Source: an uncultured candidate division Zixibacteria bacterium (GTDB lineage: Bacteria; Zixibacteria; MSB-5A5; GN15; FEB-12). From it: a DNA stretch of 64,000 nucleotides. Of this stretch, positions 1 through 10,159 are shown piece by piece. The notes beneath the pieces were generated by a model that worked only from the letters and a program-made list of their open reading frames with translations, was not told the origin of the DNA and did not search any database. The stretch covers positions 448,001 through 512,000 of the forward strand of contig CAWDXE010000001.1 of the NCBI GenBank assembly GCA_963806185.1. Reading direction: 5' to 3'. The first letter of the stretch is position 1, and each line of letters opens with the position of its first letter. Position numbers and translations under genes: made by a program.

Positions 1-809
1 GCCGCGCTCCGGTTTTCCGGGTTCGGATGAGTCTCAAGCCATTCCGGCACGCTTCCCCCGCCGCCGGCCAGACTGACGCGATTCAGCATATCGAACACCT
101 GGATCATCTGACGCGGGTCATTTCCCGCCCGAACCATATAGCGAAAGCCGAGATGATCCGCCTGACTTTCATCGTCGCGACTGTATTTCAAATACAACAG
201 CCCCAGCCCGGCGTTGAGATACTGCGCGTATTTCTGAAGTCCCGGCTTAATCATCATGCCGGCCGTCACGCCAAGCTGCGTTAATTCCTGGTTGGACATG
301 CTGTGAACCGCATGTTGTGCGGTCACATGACCGATCTCGTGTCCAATCACCCCGGATAGCTCCGCTTCGTTCTCCACGTATGTTAACAGGCCGCGGGTGA
401 CATAAATGAAGCCCCCAGGTAAGGCAAATGCATTCACGGCCGGGTCATTTACCACTCGAAAGGTCCACGGTAGAGTGGGTCGTTCTGAGTTCTTCGCCAA
501 TTTGGTGCCCAGCTCCGCCACGTAGCGCTGCAAGGCCGAATCTTCATAAAGCCCGAGAGTGGCCACTACCTGTGAATCAGCCTCCCGACCCATCGCGATC
601 TCCCGTGATTCGCCGATCAGATTGAGGTGCCTTTCGCCCGTCGCAAGATTCATGGCGCAGGTCGCCATGATCAGAACCGTCGCCGGCACAATCAGTGCGA
701 AACCCACACAGGTCATGGTGCGCTTCAAGCCACGGCCGACGCCGCAATCGCCAACATCCGAATGGAGACGATTGCGACATCCCAGTGAATTGCTCCTGTT
801 CTTCATCAT
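1..809 (-). CDS. M48 family (BepA/YfgC-like) metalloprotease, runs off the left edge
   Basis: Manual translation, absent from the ORF track: VVNDPAVNAFALPGGFIYVTRGLL...GHEIGH (HExxH)...YSRDDESQAD...PEWLETHP; lipoprotein-like ATCA before the mature part; start approximate. Confidence 0.9.
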   Translation of the reverse strand, partial: MMKNRSNSLGCRNRLHSDVGDCGVGRGLKRTMTCVGFALIVPATVLIMATCAMNLATGERHLNLIGESREIAMGREADSQVVATLGLYEDSALQRYVAELGTKLAKNSERPTLPWTFRVVNDPAVNAFALPGGFIYVTRGLLTYVENEAELSGVIGHEIGHVTAQHAVHSMSNQELTQLGVTAGMMIKPGLQKYAQYLNAGLGLLYLKYSRDDESQADHLGFRYMVRAGNDPRQMIQVFDMLNRVSLAGGGGSVPEWLETHPNPENRSA

Positions 810-848
810 CACATCATCCTATCAGCTTTGTCGCGCGGCCGACCCGCC

Positions 849-1088
849 TCAGACTGCACTGCTGCTTGCGTGGCGCCGCCGCCCAACGACCATTAGTATA
901 ACGCCTGTCGCCAGGGCTGCCGCTCCGGCAATAGGAGGTACCGGGATCTGTCGATTTTCCCTCACCTCGACATGCATCGGTCCCATGTCGACGACGTTCC
1001 TGTTCGTGGCATAGGTGATTCCGCCATAAATGAGCCCCACAGCACCGATCACAATCAGGATGATGCCAATCAGAGTCATAGTTTTCAT
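849..1088 (-). CDS. small membrane protein (DUF3185-like)
   Basis: 79 aa, two hydrophobic helices around a GITY...VDMGP loop. Confidence 0.7.
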   Translation of the reverse strand: MKTMTLIGIILIVIGAVGLIYGGITYATNRNVVDMGPMHVEVRENRQIPVPPIAGAAALATGVILMVVGRRRHASSSAV

Positions 1089-1116
1089 TTGTGTTCCTTT
1101 CCTGACGCAATGTGCG

Positions 1117-1266
1117 TCACGCTATTCGTCGGCCGGAAATGACTCGGACCAACACAACTACGAGTGCGACCACCAGCAAGACGTGAATGAAGCCACTCAT
1201 CGTGACGCCGGTTACCAGACCAAGTGCCCACATAATCAGCAGCACTACGGCTAATGTCCAAAGCAT
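1117..1266 (-). CDS. lmo0937-family small membrane protein (49 aa)
   Basis: Manual translation MLWTLAVVLLIMWALGLVTGVTMSGFIHVLLVVALVVVLVRVISGRRIA; GAGGAG RBS upstream. Confidence 0.85.
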   Translation of the reverse strand: MLWTLAVVLLIMWALGLVTGVTMSGFIHVLLVVALVVVLVRVISGRRIA

Positions 1267-1343
1267 ATAGCTCTCCTCTTTGTTTGTTGCGGGATCGCTG
1301 CCGTCGTGTGGATCTCAGCATCGACCGGCAGCAATCCGGCAAC

Positions 1344-2174
1344 TCAGTTGGTTGACGACTGCGATGTCTCGACAGTCATTTTGTTGTTTACGCTCTTTAC
1401 CCCATGGATATCGTTGACACGTTTGGTGGCCAGATCGATCTCCGCCTGATTCCTGGCTGTGCCGGTCAGCGTGACAATCCCCTTCTCGGTGGACACTTTC
1501 ATGGGAGACAGACCGTCGCCGTGATGATATCTCATCGACATGCGGACCTGGGACGTGATCGAGGCGTCGTCGATCTTCTCTCCCTTCGATCGGGGCGCCT
1601 TCTCAGGCGACGCTTTCACGGTCATTTGATTATCCACGCCTTTGACACCCGAGACGTCTTTGGCATACTCGGTCGTGAGTTCCTTCTGCGCCGCGCTGGA
1701 CGCCTTGCCTCGAAGGGTCACGTTGCCGTCTGTGACGTCAACGTTGGTGCCCATATAGCTGACACTGCGGTGAAACAGCAGGGTGCTGCGCACGCGTTGA
1801 GCCAGCCAGGCATCTGATCCGGCGCTGGCGGGTGCCTCCGTGACCTTGAGCTGGTTATCGACGCTCTTGACTCCAGCCAAGCCAAGAATGGTTTCTTCCG
1901 CCATTGATCTGTGCGACTCGTCGGACACGGTGCCTGTCAGAGTGACAATGCCTTCCTTTGACTGGATCTTGATGGCATCGTGCTTGAGATAGGTCTTAAA
2001 TACATACGACCGCTTGGCTGACGACTTGATGTTGCCGTCGATGCGTGACGCGTACAAAGGGACACTCGTCACCATCATGAATACGGCCGCTCCGATTACT
2101 ATCGCGATACGGGTTGCGTTGAAGTGTCTCAAAATATCTCCTGTTTCCTTTCTATTCGATGAGAGTAGCACCAT
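1344..2174 (-). CDS. BON-domain (OsmY-like) protein, three BON repeats
   Basis: Three G.VTL.G...GVK.V.N repeats after a signal peptide; true start probably ~2130. Confidence 0.9.
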   Translation of the reverse strand: MVLLSSNRKETGDILRHFNATRIAIVIGAAVFMMVTSVPLYASRIDGNIKSSAKRSYVFKTYLKHDAIKIQSKEGIVTLTGTVSDESHRSMAEETILGLAGVKSVDNQLKVTEAPASAGSDAWLAQRVRSTLLFHRSVSYMGTNVDVTDGNVTLRGKASSAAQKELTTEYAKDVSGVKGVDNQMTVKASPEKAPRSKGEKIDDASITSQVRMSMRYHHGDGLSPMKVSTEKGIVTLTGTARNQAEIDLATKRVNDIHGVKSVNNKMTVETSQSSTN

Positions 2175-2222
2175 CCCTTTGTGAGTAGTGCCCTCGTCAT
2201 CAGTTTTCGACCCTCACACGGA

Positions 2223-2708
2223 CTAATGCCCGAACGTCCAGCCAATGGTGGCTTTGAAATCGGGGGCGTCTGCCAGGCCAAGTTTTCCCTCCATGAAGAA
2301 ATGCCCTGATTCACTGCGGGACGACCCTTTTCCCACGCCGAACTGCATGTATACACCTGTTTCAGTCTGGCTGCCCCCATGCTTCCACGAGTAGAATATG
2401 GGACCGACTCCACCACCCAGATACGGCGTCCAGGCTCCCCAATCGGAGCGAAAGCGATAGTCAAGTTCAAACGAGGGTGCGACCGTGGTGATGTTGTCGC
2501 CGACGCCGATTTCCAGATTCGGCAGAATCATCAGATTCTCCGAGATATCGCCAAAGTCGATATGTCCACCGAAATGGAACTGATCGGGGTTGACTGTCAT
2601 TCCGAGTCTCGGTCCTATGCCGTGAAACCCGACCGGGCGCTTGCTCCCGAAGGCGGAGACACTGCACAGGAGGCCTGCTATCAGAGTCGCGATTACTAAC
2701 TTCTTCAT
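2223..2708 (-). CDS. small outer-membrane beta-barrel protein
   Basis: Signal peptide, PYLGGGVG strand, C-terminal aromatic strand GWTF. Confidence 0.7.
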   Translation of the reverse strand: MKKLVIATLIAGLLCSVSAFGSKRPVGFHGIGPRLGMTVNPDQFHFGGHIDFGDISENLMILPNLEIGVGDNITTVAPSFELDYRFRSDWGAWTPYLGGGVGPIFYSWKHGGSQTETGVYMQFGVGKGSSRSESGHFFMEGKLGLADAPDFKATIGWTFGH

Positions 2709-2774
2709 TATTCAATCCTTTCGAAATGTGGTCGTCCCGTACGCGGGCAGACCAGGTGTCAATCTTTGTCTTGT

Positions 2775-3416
2775 TTATCTCAAGGCGATCTGCTTCGACT
2801 GGCTGGAGAAGAACACGACTTCCGTGCCCGGCCCGTAGAAGATATCTTGCTTGCCGGTCATGACTGACAAGCCTGTGCCGGCGGCGGCACCGGCGGCGGC
2901 ACCGATTTCGGTACTCCCCTTCTTGTCAATGATTTTGCCGATAATCCCGCCGACAATTGCTCCGCCTCCAATCATGGCGACCTCTCTGTTCGTGTGCGAT
3001 CCCTTCTTTTCCATGATCATGTCGGTACCTAGGTTGATCCAATGACCGCTTCCGTCCTGGATGGAGGTCAGACTGAAGTTCAATTCGGCGGGGGTTTTGA
3101 GTCGGCCGGACTCGACAACTTTGTTCAGCACGCCTCTCGCCCCGGCGCCGTCAGCAAACAGGGTGTGTCCGCTTACGACAATGGGTCGAGACAATCTGGC
3201 GCGAAATTCCGCGCCCGTCACCTGAACGTCGGTGTCAATTGAATCGATGAGCGTCACGGCTATTGCCGTGCTCTCTGGCATGGTGACGTAGGCGGTCGTC
3301 TTCACTGCGTCACCGGTAAGTCCGGCGCCTGTTTTTGGTTCCGCCGTGCTGGTGCCGCAGGAAGCGGCCAGGAGCACCAGTGAAACTGATAGTAAGAGAC
3401 TGATTACTTTGAACAC
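2775..3416 (-). CDS. lipoprotein with glycine-zipper
   Basis: Lipobox LAASC; IGGGAIVGGIIG...IGAAAGAAAG. Confidence 0.75.
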   Translation of the reverse strand: MFKVISLLLSVSLVLLAASCGTSTAEPKTGAGLTGDAVKTTAYVTMPESTAIAVTLIDSIDTDVQVTGAEFRARLSRPIVVSGHTLFADGAGARGVLNKVVESGRLKTPAELNFSLTSIQDGSGHWINLGTDMIMEKKGSHTNREVAMIGGGAIVGGIIGKIIDKKGSTEIGAAAGAAAGTGLSVMTGKQDIFYGPGTEVVFFSSQSKQIALR

Positions 3417-3625
3417 ATAAACTCCTTAATTCCATTCGAAATGACATGGTTAATCTGGGGAATGCTTATTGACCCATTCTGCCGCTCCTGACTCTCCCTG
3501 CGGGCAAGTTGCACGTGCCATCGCAGTTCACTCGATAGAGAAGCTCAACCTGGGGCATAGTCTGGTCTTCAAACAATGTTCTAATAGTCATAACTTCCTT
3601 TCAACGCCTTCTCAAGACACTTACC

Positions 3626-4225
3626 TCACCCCGAAGCGGATGACTGACCCGCAATTGTTTCGTGATCGTTTTCGCCCACGAGATGCGCAAAGAGCTCCTC
3701 ACGGAGAAACTCACGACCCCGATTGAGCAATGAATCGACTGCCAGCGGCTGCACGCCGGCCAGATCGGCAATCTCCACATTGGAGAATCCCTCGAGATAT
3801 GACAGAATCATCACCGAGCGGAAGGTCGGAGGAAGGCCGGCAAATGCCTCGAAGTAGTTTACGTCACCGTCGTATCCGCCGGTCAGCCATGACCGGTGCC
3901 GCGTATCGCCGGTTGCTGCGGAAATCAGCCGGTCGCCGTTGTCAACGCTTTCGCTGGTCACTCCGCCAGAGGTCTGGTTCGGCGGCTGCACGACCTGGCT
4001 GTTTCTGTTAAGGAATTGTCGGGTCAGGATACTATGCAGCCGAACATAACTTTCTTCCGACGTCAACTCGTCCCAATTGTGAACCGCCTCGGCCATCGCC
4101 GACCGCATCAGCTTGACGGCGTCACGCCCGTTCTTTGTTAACCACAGGGAGAATTGCAGAAGGACTTCAATGTGTGGTGAAATCTTTTCCTTGAAGTCCG
4201 CTCTGATTGTGCTGTCGCTCATCAT
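3626..4225 (-). CDS. ECF sigma-70-like protein, degenerate region 2
   Basis: Region 4 LPPTFRSVMILSYLEGFSNVEIA; region 2 WLTKNGRDAVKL in place of the usual DAEDL. Confidence 0.7.
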   Translation of the reverse strand: MMSDSTIRADFKEKISPHIEVLLQFSLWLTKNGRDAVKLMRSAMAEAVHNWDELTSEESYVRLHSILTRQFLNRNSQVVQPPNQTSGGVTSESVDNGDRLISAATGDTRHRSWLTGGYDGDVNYFEAFAGLPPTFRSVMILSYLEGFSNVEIADLAGVQPLAVDSLLNRGREFLREELFAHLVGENDHETIAGQSSASG

Positions 4226-4425
4226 TATGTAAGTCCTCGCCTTCCATGTCGCGTTGCGAATTTGGTCTCGTTGAGATCCGGAGAGAGAGTGGGCTGCAGT
4301 TGGTGTCGAGAATTCGGAAATCCCTTCCATTCTCGAGATCGTGAGTGTTCTACCCTGGAGCGCCTTGCGCTTCCGGGGGAGAGCTCTCTCCACAGTAGCA
4401 ATTACGATGAAGTGGATGTCCCGGG

Positions 4426-4457
4426 CAATCCATCACAGGATTGAAAAGGGAGCTAGT
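4426..4457. promoter_or_regulatory. palindromic operator-like motif CAATC-N8-GATTG, copy 1
   Basis: caatc catcacag gattg aaaagggagctag; similar copies at 5287, 6337, 11789. Confidence 0.5.
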
Positions 4458-4477
4458 CCTTCAGCGTGTGAAGACAA

Positions 4478-5165
4478 TCACGGTTTGTTTTGGTTAGTCG
4501 CAAACGCCTTCTTGAGAGGGCGCTTGACATTGGCGAAGGCTGCCAATTCCAGTCGTGTATGGAGCGCGAGCTTATCCATGATATTGCGGATGTGACTTTT
4601 GACGGTATAGACTGCGATCTCAAGTATACGAGAGGTCTCCAGGACAGTCTTTTGTTTGGCCAGCAGTTTTATCACCTCTTGCTCCCGATGAGGTCAACTT
4701 GACGGCCTCAATCACCTGGTCCACAGATCCCGCCTGCACGGCGCGCTCGACAATCTGAGAAAACAGCGAATCCGCCATCGTCGGAGGCAGAATCTTGACC
4801 CCTCGGGCAACCGATCTGATCGTGTGCAGGAACTCGTCAAGAGTCGCGTTTCTGGGGATGAATCCGGAGACACCCGCTTTGACGAGGTCGACTGCCTCTG
4901 AATGGGCCGGGATCAGGTCCATGACGATCACCTCGGCCTTGGGGCACTGCGTCCTTATCGAATCGAGCACCTTCAGACTGTTGCGACTCTTGAGTCCCAG
5001 GTCGAGCAATACCACATCCGGCTTCACTTTTTTGGCCCTCTCCAGGGCGCTCTTATTGCCAGGAGACGATACCGCCTCTATGTCCTCCTGCTCGTTGAGT
5101 ACAGAGGTAGTCCCCTCGCGCAAAAGGCGATTATCTTCAATCAGCAGGATCTTTATCTTTGCCAT
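4478..5165 (-). CDS. NarL/LuxR response regulator, +1 frameshift near 4692
   Basis: REC domain (ILLIEDN...VLLDL) in 4620..5165; HTH (HREQEVIKLL...TVKSHIRNIMDKL) in 4478..4675; paralog of 6407..7141. Confidence 0.85.
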
Positions 5166-5285
5166 ATGTCAACCAAGCTCTCATCAATCGATTTGTGACC
5201 CAACTACGACAGATGTGTTGGTAGGCATGCCGGGACCGGGTCACCACCTGTCCCTTGATATGTATACGGCCGATTCCGGCGGAAT

Positions 5286-5729
5286 TCAATCGCTCGTTGG
5301 GATGATAAAGGAACTAGATCTCTTCTCAGATATTCGAACCGCTAACTTCGGCCCCCCCCTGGTATCTCGTCTAGCGTCTTCAGAGGAAGAGCGCACGTCG
5401 CCGACTATTTTCGCAGGCCAAGCGTTGCCAATCAGAAAGAGATCAGCCTGGAGGTATCTGCATATGCGCGTGTGCTGTTGGGCGCTCGTCCGGGCCGCCA
5501 GTACTGCACACTTGATCAATTCTGCTCGCTCTTCCGCACGCCGTATAGCCGCTTGTCGACTAATTGCGGCCTGGTCGTGCCGATCTGTAATTGGCCGCTG
5601 TGAGTTTATGACCGGCGAAATCGATGCAGGATGATTATCTACAGAAGGCGGACACTCCGCCGACCCATCGGGCAATCGAAAACGGGACCCCGGTGAAATA
5701 AGTGTGTTTGATATCTTATGTATATACAT
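5286..5729 (-). CDS. hypothetical protein (doubtful)
   Basis: 147-aa ORF with GAAGG upstream, no recognisable motif; 3' end overlaps an operator-like motif. Confidence 0.3.
   Translation of the reverse strand: MYIHKISNTLISPGSRFRLPDGSAECPPSVDNHPASISPVINSQRPITDRHDQAAISRQAAIRRAEERAELIKCAVLAARTSAQQHTRICRYLQADLFLIGNAWPAKIVGDVRSSSEDARRDTRGGPKLAVRISEKRSSSFIIPTSD
5287..5320. promoter_or_regulatory. operator-like motif, copy 2
   Basis: caatc gctcgttg ggatg ataaaggaactagatc, 122 bp upstream of the 5165 start. Confidence 0.45.
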
Positions 5730-5848
5730 GCAATCTGCCTTCGTGATTAAACCAGGTGATTGTCAACTCATGCCACGGCACGCCTAGACGTGATCCTGTG
5801 GTCTGGCCGCTTCCGGCTGACCATAAATTCTTCTTCGACCGTCGGCCT

Positions 5849-6217
5849 TCAGCCGGAACGTCTGAGCCGTCCGGCCCATGGGTCGGCTTCTCGTTTGGGC
5901 CATTCTCTGGTGACCATTGTCTGCTCGCGCCTGCCTTGTGGCCTGGCATCCAGGTCTTTGGCAAATGCTTCCGCGTAAGCTTTCAGAATGCCGTCCTCAA
6001 GTTGTTTGCGCGTTTCCTGATTGGTCGGGTGGGCAACATCGCAATAGGTACCGTCGCCCCGCCGCCGGCTCGGCATCGACACAAAATACCCGTTGGACCC
6101 CTGGATGACCTTCAACCCGCGGATCACAAAGCAGTCGTCGAAAGTGATGTTGGCAAAAGCTTTGAGTTTCTCCTCATCACGCAGCGTGATACAGATTTCA
6201 GAAATCTTCACGGTCAA
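5849..6217 (-). CDS. spoVG: SpoVG family nucleic-acid-binding regulator
   Basis: LKAFANITFDDCFVIRGLKVIQGSNGYFVSMPSRR...DVAHP. Confidence 0.92.
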   Translation of the reverse strand: MTVKISEICITLRDEEKLKAFANITFDDCFVIRGLKVIQGSNGYFVSMPSRRRGDGTYCDVAHPTNQETRKQLEDGILKAYAEAFAKDLDARPQGRREQTMVTREWPKREADPWAGRLRRSG

Positions 6218-6336
6218 CTCCTTGTCAAACGTTTGACCACCTCTTCACTCAAATCACTGCGTCAGGCAGCGATCTATATTTGGACCGAAGCGAATATCCC
6301 TGACTGATGCAGAATACACGTCACACGATGCCCGGA

Positions 6337-6381
6337 CAATCGCCCGAAAGATTGAAAAATGGATGAGAAAGGGATTAGATC
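6337..6381. promoter_or_regulatory. operator-like motif, copy 3
   Basis: caatc gcccgaaa gattg aaaaatgg, ~125 bp upstream of spoVG. Confidence 0.5.
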
Positions 6382-6406
6382 GGTGAGAGGGCTACGGTAA
6401 GGGGAG

Positions 6407-7141
6407 TCAATCGTCTTCTGCCAGGGTCTTTTTGGAGCCTGACGAAGTAAGAGCAAGTTTGGCAACTTCCAACCGGCTGTGGATGGCGAGCTTTTCCAGA
6501 ATATTGTGCACATGGCTCTTGACCGTGTGAACAGCAATATTCAGTTGTGACGCGATTTCCTTATTGCTCCTGCCCTGTGCAATCAAGTCAATAACGTCCT
6601 GCTCCCGTCTGGTCATCCGGACCGACTCGATCAGCGTCCCCACCTTGCCTGATTGGAGCGCATGTTCCACGATCTGCGAAAAGAGTGATCCCGTCAGCGA
6701 CGGCGGCAGTATCTTCGTACCCTGGGCCACCGATCGTATGGTGTGGAGAAAGTCATCCAGTGTGGCGTCCTTGAGAATAAAACCTGAGACTCCGGCCCTG
6801 ACATATTCGGCGACGTCCGCTTGCACAGGGATGAGGTCCATCACGATCACATCGGTCCTGGAAAATTCTCGCTTGATACTTTCGACTACTTTGAGGCTGT
6901 TGGCACTGCGCAGACCGAGATCCAGCAATACGACATGCGGCTTCAGCTTGCGGGCCTGCTCGAGCGCATCACCGTTGCCTGTTGTCGAGACAGCCCTGAT
7001 ATCGGGCTCTTGGTTAAGCATGGCCGCGATGCCTTCGCGCAGCAGACGATTGTCCTCCATCAGCAACACGCGAATCTTCGCCACCACAGTTCGTGACTTT
7101 GAAGCGGCGGTCCTGACTTTAGGCACAGAGATATCCTCCAC
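6407..7141 (-). CDS. NarL/LuxR family response regulator
   Basis: REC plus HTH TRREQDVIDLIAQGRSNKEIASQLNIAVHTVKSH. Confidence 0.93.
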   Translation of the reverse strand: MEDISVPKVRTAASKSRTVVAKIRVLLMEDNRLLREGIAAMLNQEPDIRAVSTTGNGDALEQARKLKPHVVLLDLGLRSANSLKVVESIKREFSRTDVIVMDLIPVQADVAEYVRAGVSGFILKDATLDDFLHTIRSVAQGTKILPPSLTGSLFSQIVEHALQSGKVGTLIESVRMTRREQDVIDLIAQGRSNKEIASQLNIAVHTVKSHVHNILEKLAIHSRLEVAKLALTSSGSKKTLAEDD

Positions 7142-7421
7142 CTATGAATTACTTAAGAACCACAAAAAGTATGATGCTTTCCAAGATTCCTGTCAACACT
7201 TTTTTGGTGTTTTCGGCCACTAAGTACATATACTGCCAGTACTTCCCCGCCGGGGGGGCTGCCCTACTCACTAATTGTCCAAAAATACACCGAATTTCGC
7301 CAGCTTGAAGGTACACAGGTAATGCGTTACCTTGGGGGGTTGGCCGCGCCTACGAATCGCAGCCCGAGTGAAACCATAGTATGATGCGCATGGAGTAGTT
7401 TTCATCCAAAAGGCAGCAAAC

Positions 7422-8891
7422 GTGAATTCAAACGATAACCAACACCGCACAATTCTAAAGCGAATTGCGCGCCGGGCCATGACCGAGAGGGGATTGCTCC
7501 CCGATTTTTCTTCAGCCGCCCTTGAGGAACTTGCCAGAATCCCGGCCGCCCCATCCTTGGAGCTCACGCAGATACGTGATTTGACCGGGTTGTTGTGGGC
7601 GTCAATTGACAACGATGACTCAAGGGATTTGGATCAGCTCACGGTTGCCGAAGTTATGCCCGGCGATAAAACAAAGATCCGCATCGCGGTTGCCGATGTG
7701 GATTCGATTGTAAAGGACGGATCGGCAATTGATCAGCATGCACGACACAACACTACGTCCGTATATACGGCTGCCACTATATTCCCTATGCTGCCTGAAC
7801 ATCTTTCCACTGATCTCACGTCCCTGAACCACAATGAGGATCGTTTGTCGGTTGTTGTCGAAATGGTGATTGGCGCCGACGCATCGCTGCAGGAATTTGA
7901 TATCTACCGGGCGCGGGTGCGGAATCGGGCGAAACTCGCATATAACAGTGTTGCAGCCTGGCTGGATGGGAGCGGAGACCTGCCCGAAGCCATCGCAAGC
8001 ACCGCCGGACTTGCTGAGAATTTGCGTCTTCAGGACAGGGTCGCGCAGGAATTAAAAAACCTCCGCCATGCCCATGGTGCTCTGAGCTTCGAGACAATCG
8101 AGGCCAAGCCAATCTTTGACGGCGATAATGTCCGTGAGCTTGCCGTGGAGAGAAAGAATCGGGCGAAGGAGATCATTGAAGATTTCATGATTGCGGCCAA
8201 TGGCGCGACAGCCCGATTTCTGCAGTCAAAGCGGTTCCCGTCTCTGCGCCGGGTGGTGCGGATGCCAAAGCGATGGGATCGAATTGTCGCTATCGCCGAC
8301 GAAAACGGATTCCGACTCCCCCCCACGCCGGATGCCCGCGCATTGGAGCAATTCCTGACAAAGTCGAGAGCGGCCGATCCGGACCATTTCCCCGACCTAT
8401 CCCTCACGATCATCAAACTCATGGGACCTGGCGAATATGTGGCGGAATTGCCTGGCGCAACCGCCCCGGGACATTTTGGGCTGGCGGTGAGGGACTACAC
8501 CCATTCAACAGCTCCCAACCGTCGTTACCCCGACCTGATTACCCAGCGCTTCTTGAAGGCCGCCATTGGAGGCGACTCGTTGCCGTATCGCTACGACGAA
8601 CTGGAAATTCTGGCCAGGCATTGCACAGCACAAGAAGATGCCGCAAACAAGGTGGAACGGCAGGTAACCAAATCAGCGGCGGCACTGCTTCTGGAATCTC
8701 GAATCGGAGAGCGGTTCGACACAATCGTCACCGGCGCCGGCCCTAAGGGGACCTGGGTTCGCCTTCTTCATCCGCCCATCGAGGGCAGACTGACAGGGGC
8801 ATCCGCGGATATCGACGTTGGGCGCCGGATTCGCGTGCAATTGATTCATGTGGACATTGATCGCGGATTCATCGATTTCAAGGAAGCGTGA
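7422..8891 (+). CDS. RNB-domain ribonuclease (RNase II family, short form)
   Basis: SIDNDDSRDLDQ, IEDFMIAAN, HFGLA..YTHSTAPNRRYPDL. Confidence 0.93.
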   Translation: MNSNDNQHRTILKRIARRAMTERGLLPDFSSAALEELARIPAAPSLELTQIRDLTGLLWASIDNDDSRDLDQLTVAEVMPGDKTKIRIAVADVDSIVKDGSAIDQHARHNTTSVYTAATIFPMLPEHLSTDLTSLNHNEDRLSVVVEMVIGADASLQEFDIYRARVRNRAKLAYNSVAAWLDGSGDLPEAIASTAGLAENLRLQDRVAQELKNLRHAHGALSFETIEAKPIFDGDNVRELAVERKNRAKEIIEDFMIAANGATARFLQSKRFPSLRRVVRMPKRWDRIVAIADENGFRLPPTPDARALEQFLTKSRAADPDHFPDLSLTIIKLMGPGEYVAELPGATAPGHFGLAVRDYTHSTAPNRRYPDLITQRFLKAAIGGDSLPYRYDELEILARHCTAQEDAANKVERQVTKSAAALLLESRIGERFDTIVTGAGPKGTWVRLLHPPIEGRLTGASADIDVGRRIRVQLIHVDIDRGFIDFKEA

Positions 8892-9013
8892 ACCATTCAA
8901 CGTCCGCGCCGGTTCACATACTGCTGCAGAGCCGGCAGGCCTGACCGCATCAACGTTCAACTGGATCAGAATCACTGATTCACATCACCGAACAAAGACC
9001 CCGGCTACTCCAG

Positions 9014-9673
9014 CTAAAATCCTGTATCGAGGATGAGATCTCTCACGCCGACGATGGCAAACTGCATGGCAATGCAGACGAGCAGAAACCCCATGATTCT
9101 CGAAAGGCTATCGACCCCGTTGACGCCCAGGTACCGCTGCATAAATCCTGCAGCACGGAGAACCAGCCACGATATGATGGCCGTGAGGAGGACGGCAATC
9201 ACAACTCCGGAGTAGGCGATCACCTTATCAATGCCATGCTGGCTGTCGATGGTTGACGACATCGTGATAACAACGGCGATGGAGCCGGGTCCGCTCAGAC
9301 TTGGCATGGCGAGCGGACTGAATGCGAGATTCCGCTTCTGCCGGGCTTCCATTTTGCCTGCCGTGGTGAGGCGATTCTCGCCGGGGAACAGCATTCGCAA
9401 CCCCAGAATTCCTATGACCAGTCCGCCTGCAAGGCGAATACCCGGAATGGAAATACCAAAGGCTACCATGATCAGGTGTCCGGCAAGGAGGAAGGCGACC
9501 AGGATACCTGTCATATAGATGCACGCCCAGATGATCTGACGGTTTCGCTCTCTTTTGCTCAGGTGTTCGCTGATACCGAGCAGGAGTATCGCCGTGCTGA
9601 CCGGATTGATGACGGGAAGCAGCGTCACGAGTGCGACGCCGACCCAGGAGAGCATGTCGGTTAATTCATTCAT
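9014..9673 (-). CDS. MarC family membrane protein
   Basis: INPVS, FGISIPGIRLAGG, PLAMPSLSGPGSI, RIMGFLL. Confidence 0.92.
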   Translation of the reverse strand: MNELTDMLSWVGVALVTLLPVINPVSTAILLLGISEHLSKRERNRQIIWACIYMTGILVAFLLAGHLIMVAFGISIPGIRLAGGLVIGILGLRMLFPGENRLTTAGKMEARQKRNLAFSPLAMPSLSGPGSIAVVITMSSTIDSQHGIDKVIAYSGVVIAVLLTAIISWLVLRAAGFMQRYLGVNGVDSLSRIMGFLLVCIAMQFAIVGVRDLILDTGF

Positions 9674-9837
9674 GATCCATCAATCTCTGTTCGGCTTGCA
9701 TTGTTGGACGATTCTGGCTGTGGCTTCGCGTCCGGGATACCGAATAGCTTCACCCTTCTCGCGTCAGTCCTCCACGAGGCCGATGATGCAAACTCGCCGG
9801 ATCCCTCTCACCAATTATCTACCGCAAAGCTTACGCT

Positions 9838-10080
9838 TTACGGAGTAAGGACTTTTATTGGATGCGACGCATACTGTCTGGCTGCACGCCGCTCATAACT
9901 GTTGATGCCGCCGATGACTTGATGCCGTACATCCGATGATGTGATTCCCTCCCGATATATGATTCCTCCCGCAACCTTGCGAGCTACTTCGTCGCTGATC
10001 CCAGCCGCCGTAATAGAAGCTTTGATCTTGTCCTTGCGAAATTCCTCTTTGACTCCTGATCGTTTCGTGATTGTGCGCAT
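9838..10080 (-). CDS. stand-alone ATP-cone domain protein
   Basis: ITKRSGVKEEFRKDKIKASITAAG...ITSSDVR...AARQY. Confidence 0.8.
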   Translation of the reverse strand: MRTITKRSGVKEEFRKDKIKASITAAGISDEVARKVAGGIIYREGITSSDVRHQVIGGINSYERRAARQYASHPIKVLTP

Positions 10081-10159
10081 TTGCCCTTCCTCTTCCTTAC
10101 TGTTCTGTACTCAGTCGCTCTTCACAACGCCCAACTAAATCAAGAAGGGTCGTGAGACA

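Noticed and set aside
3504..3520. TGGCAC...TTGC sigma-54-like site upstream of the lipoprotein gene
   Set aside because: The spacer is 7 nt rather than the strict 5 nt.
4795..5634. Long plus-strand ORF, and similar antisense ORFs at 12946..13917, 33764..34888 and 59240..60421
   Set aside because: Antisense shadows of well-supported genes in GC-rich DNA, with no motifs.
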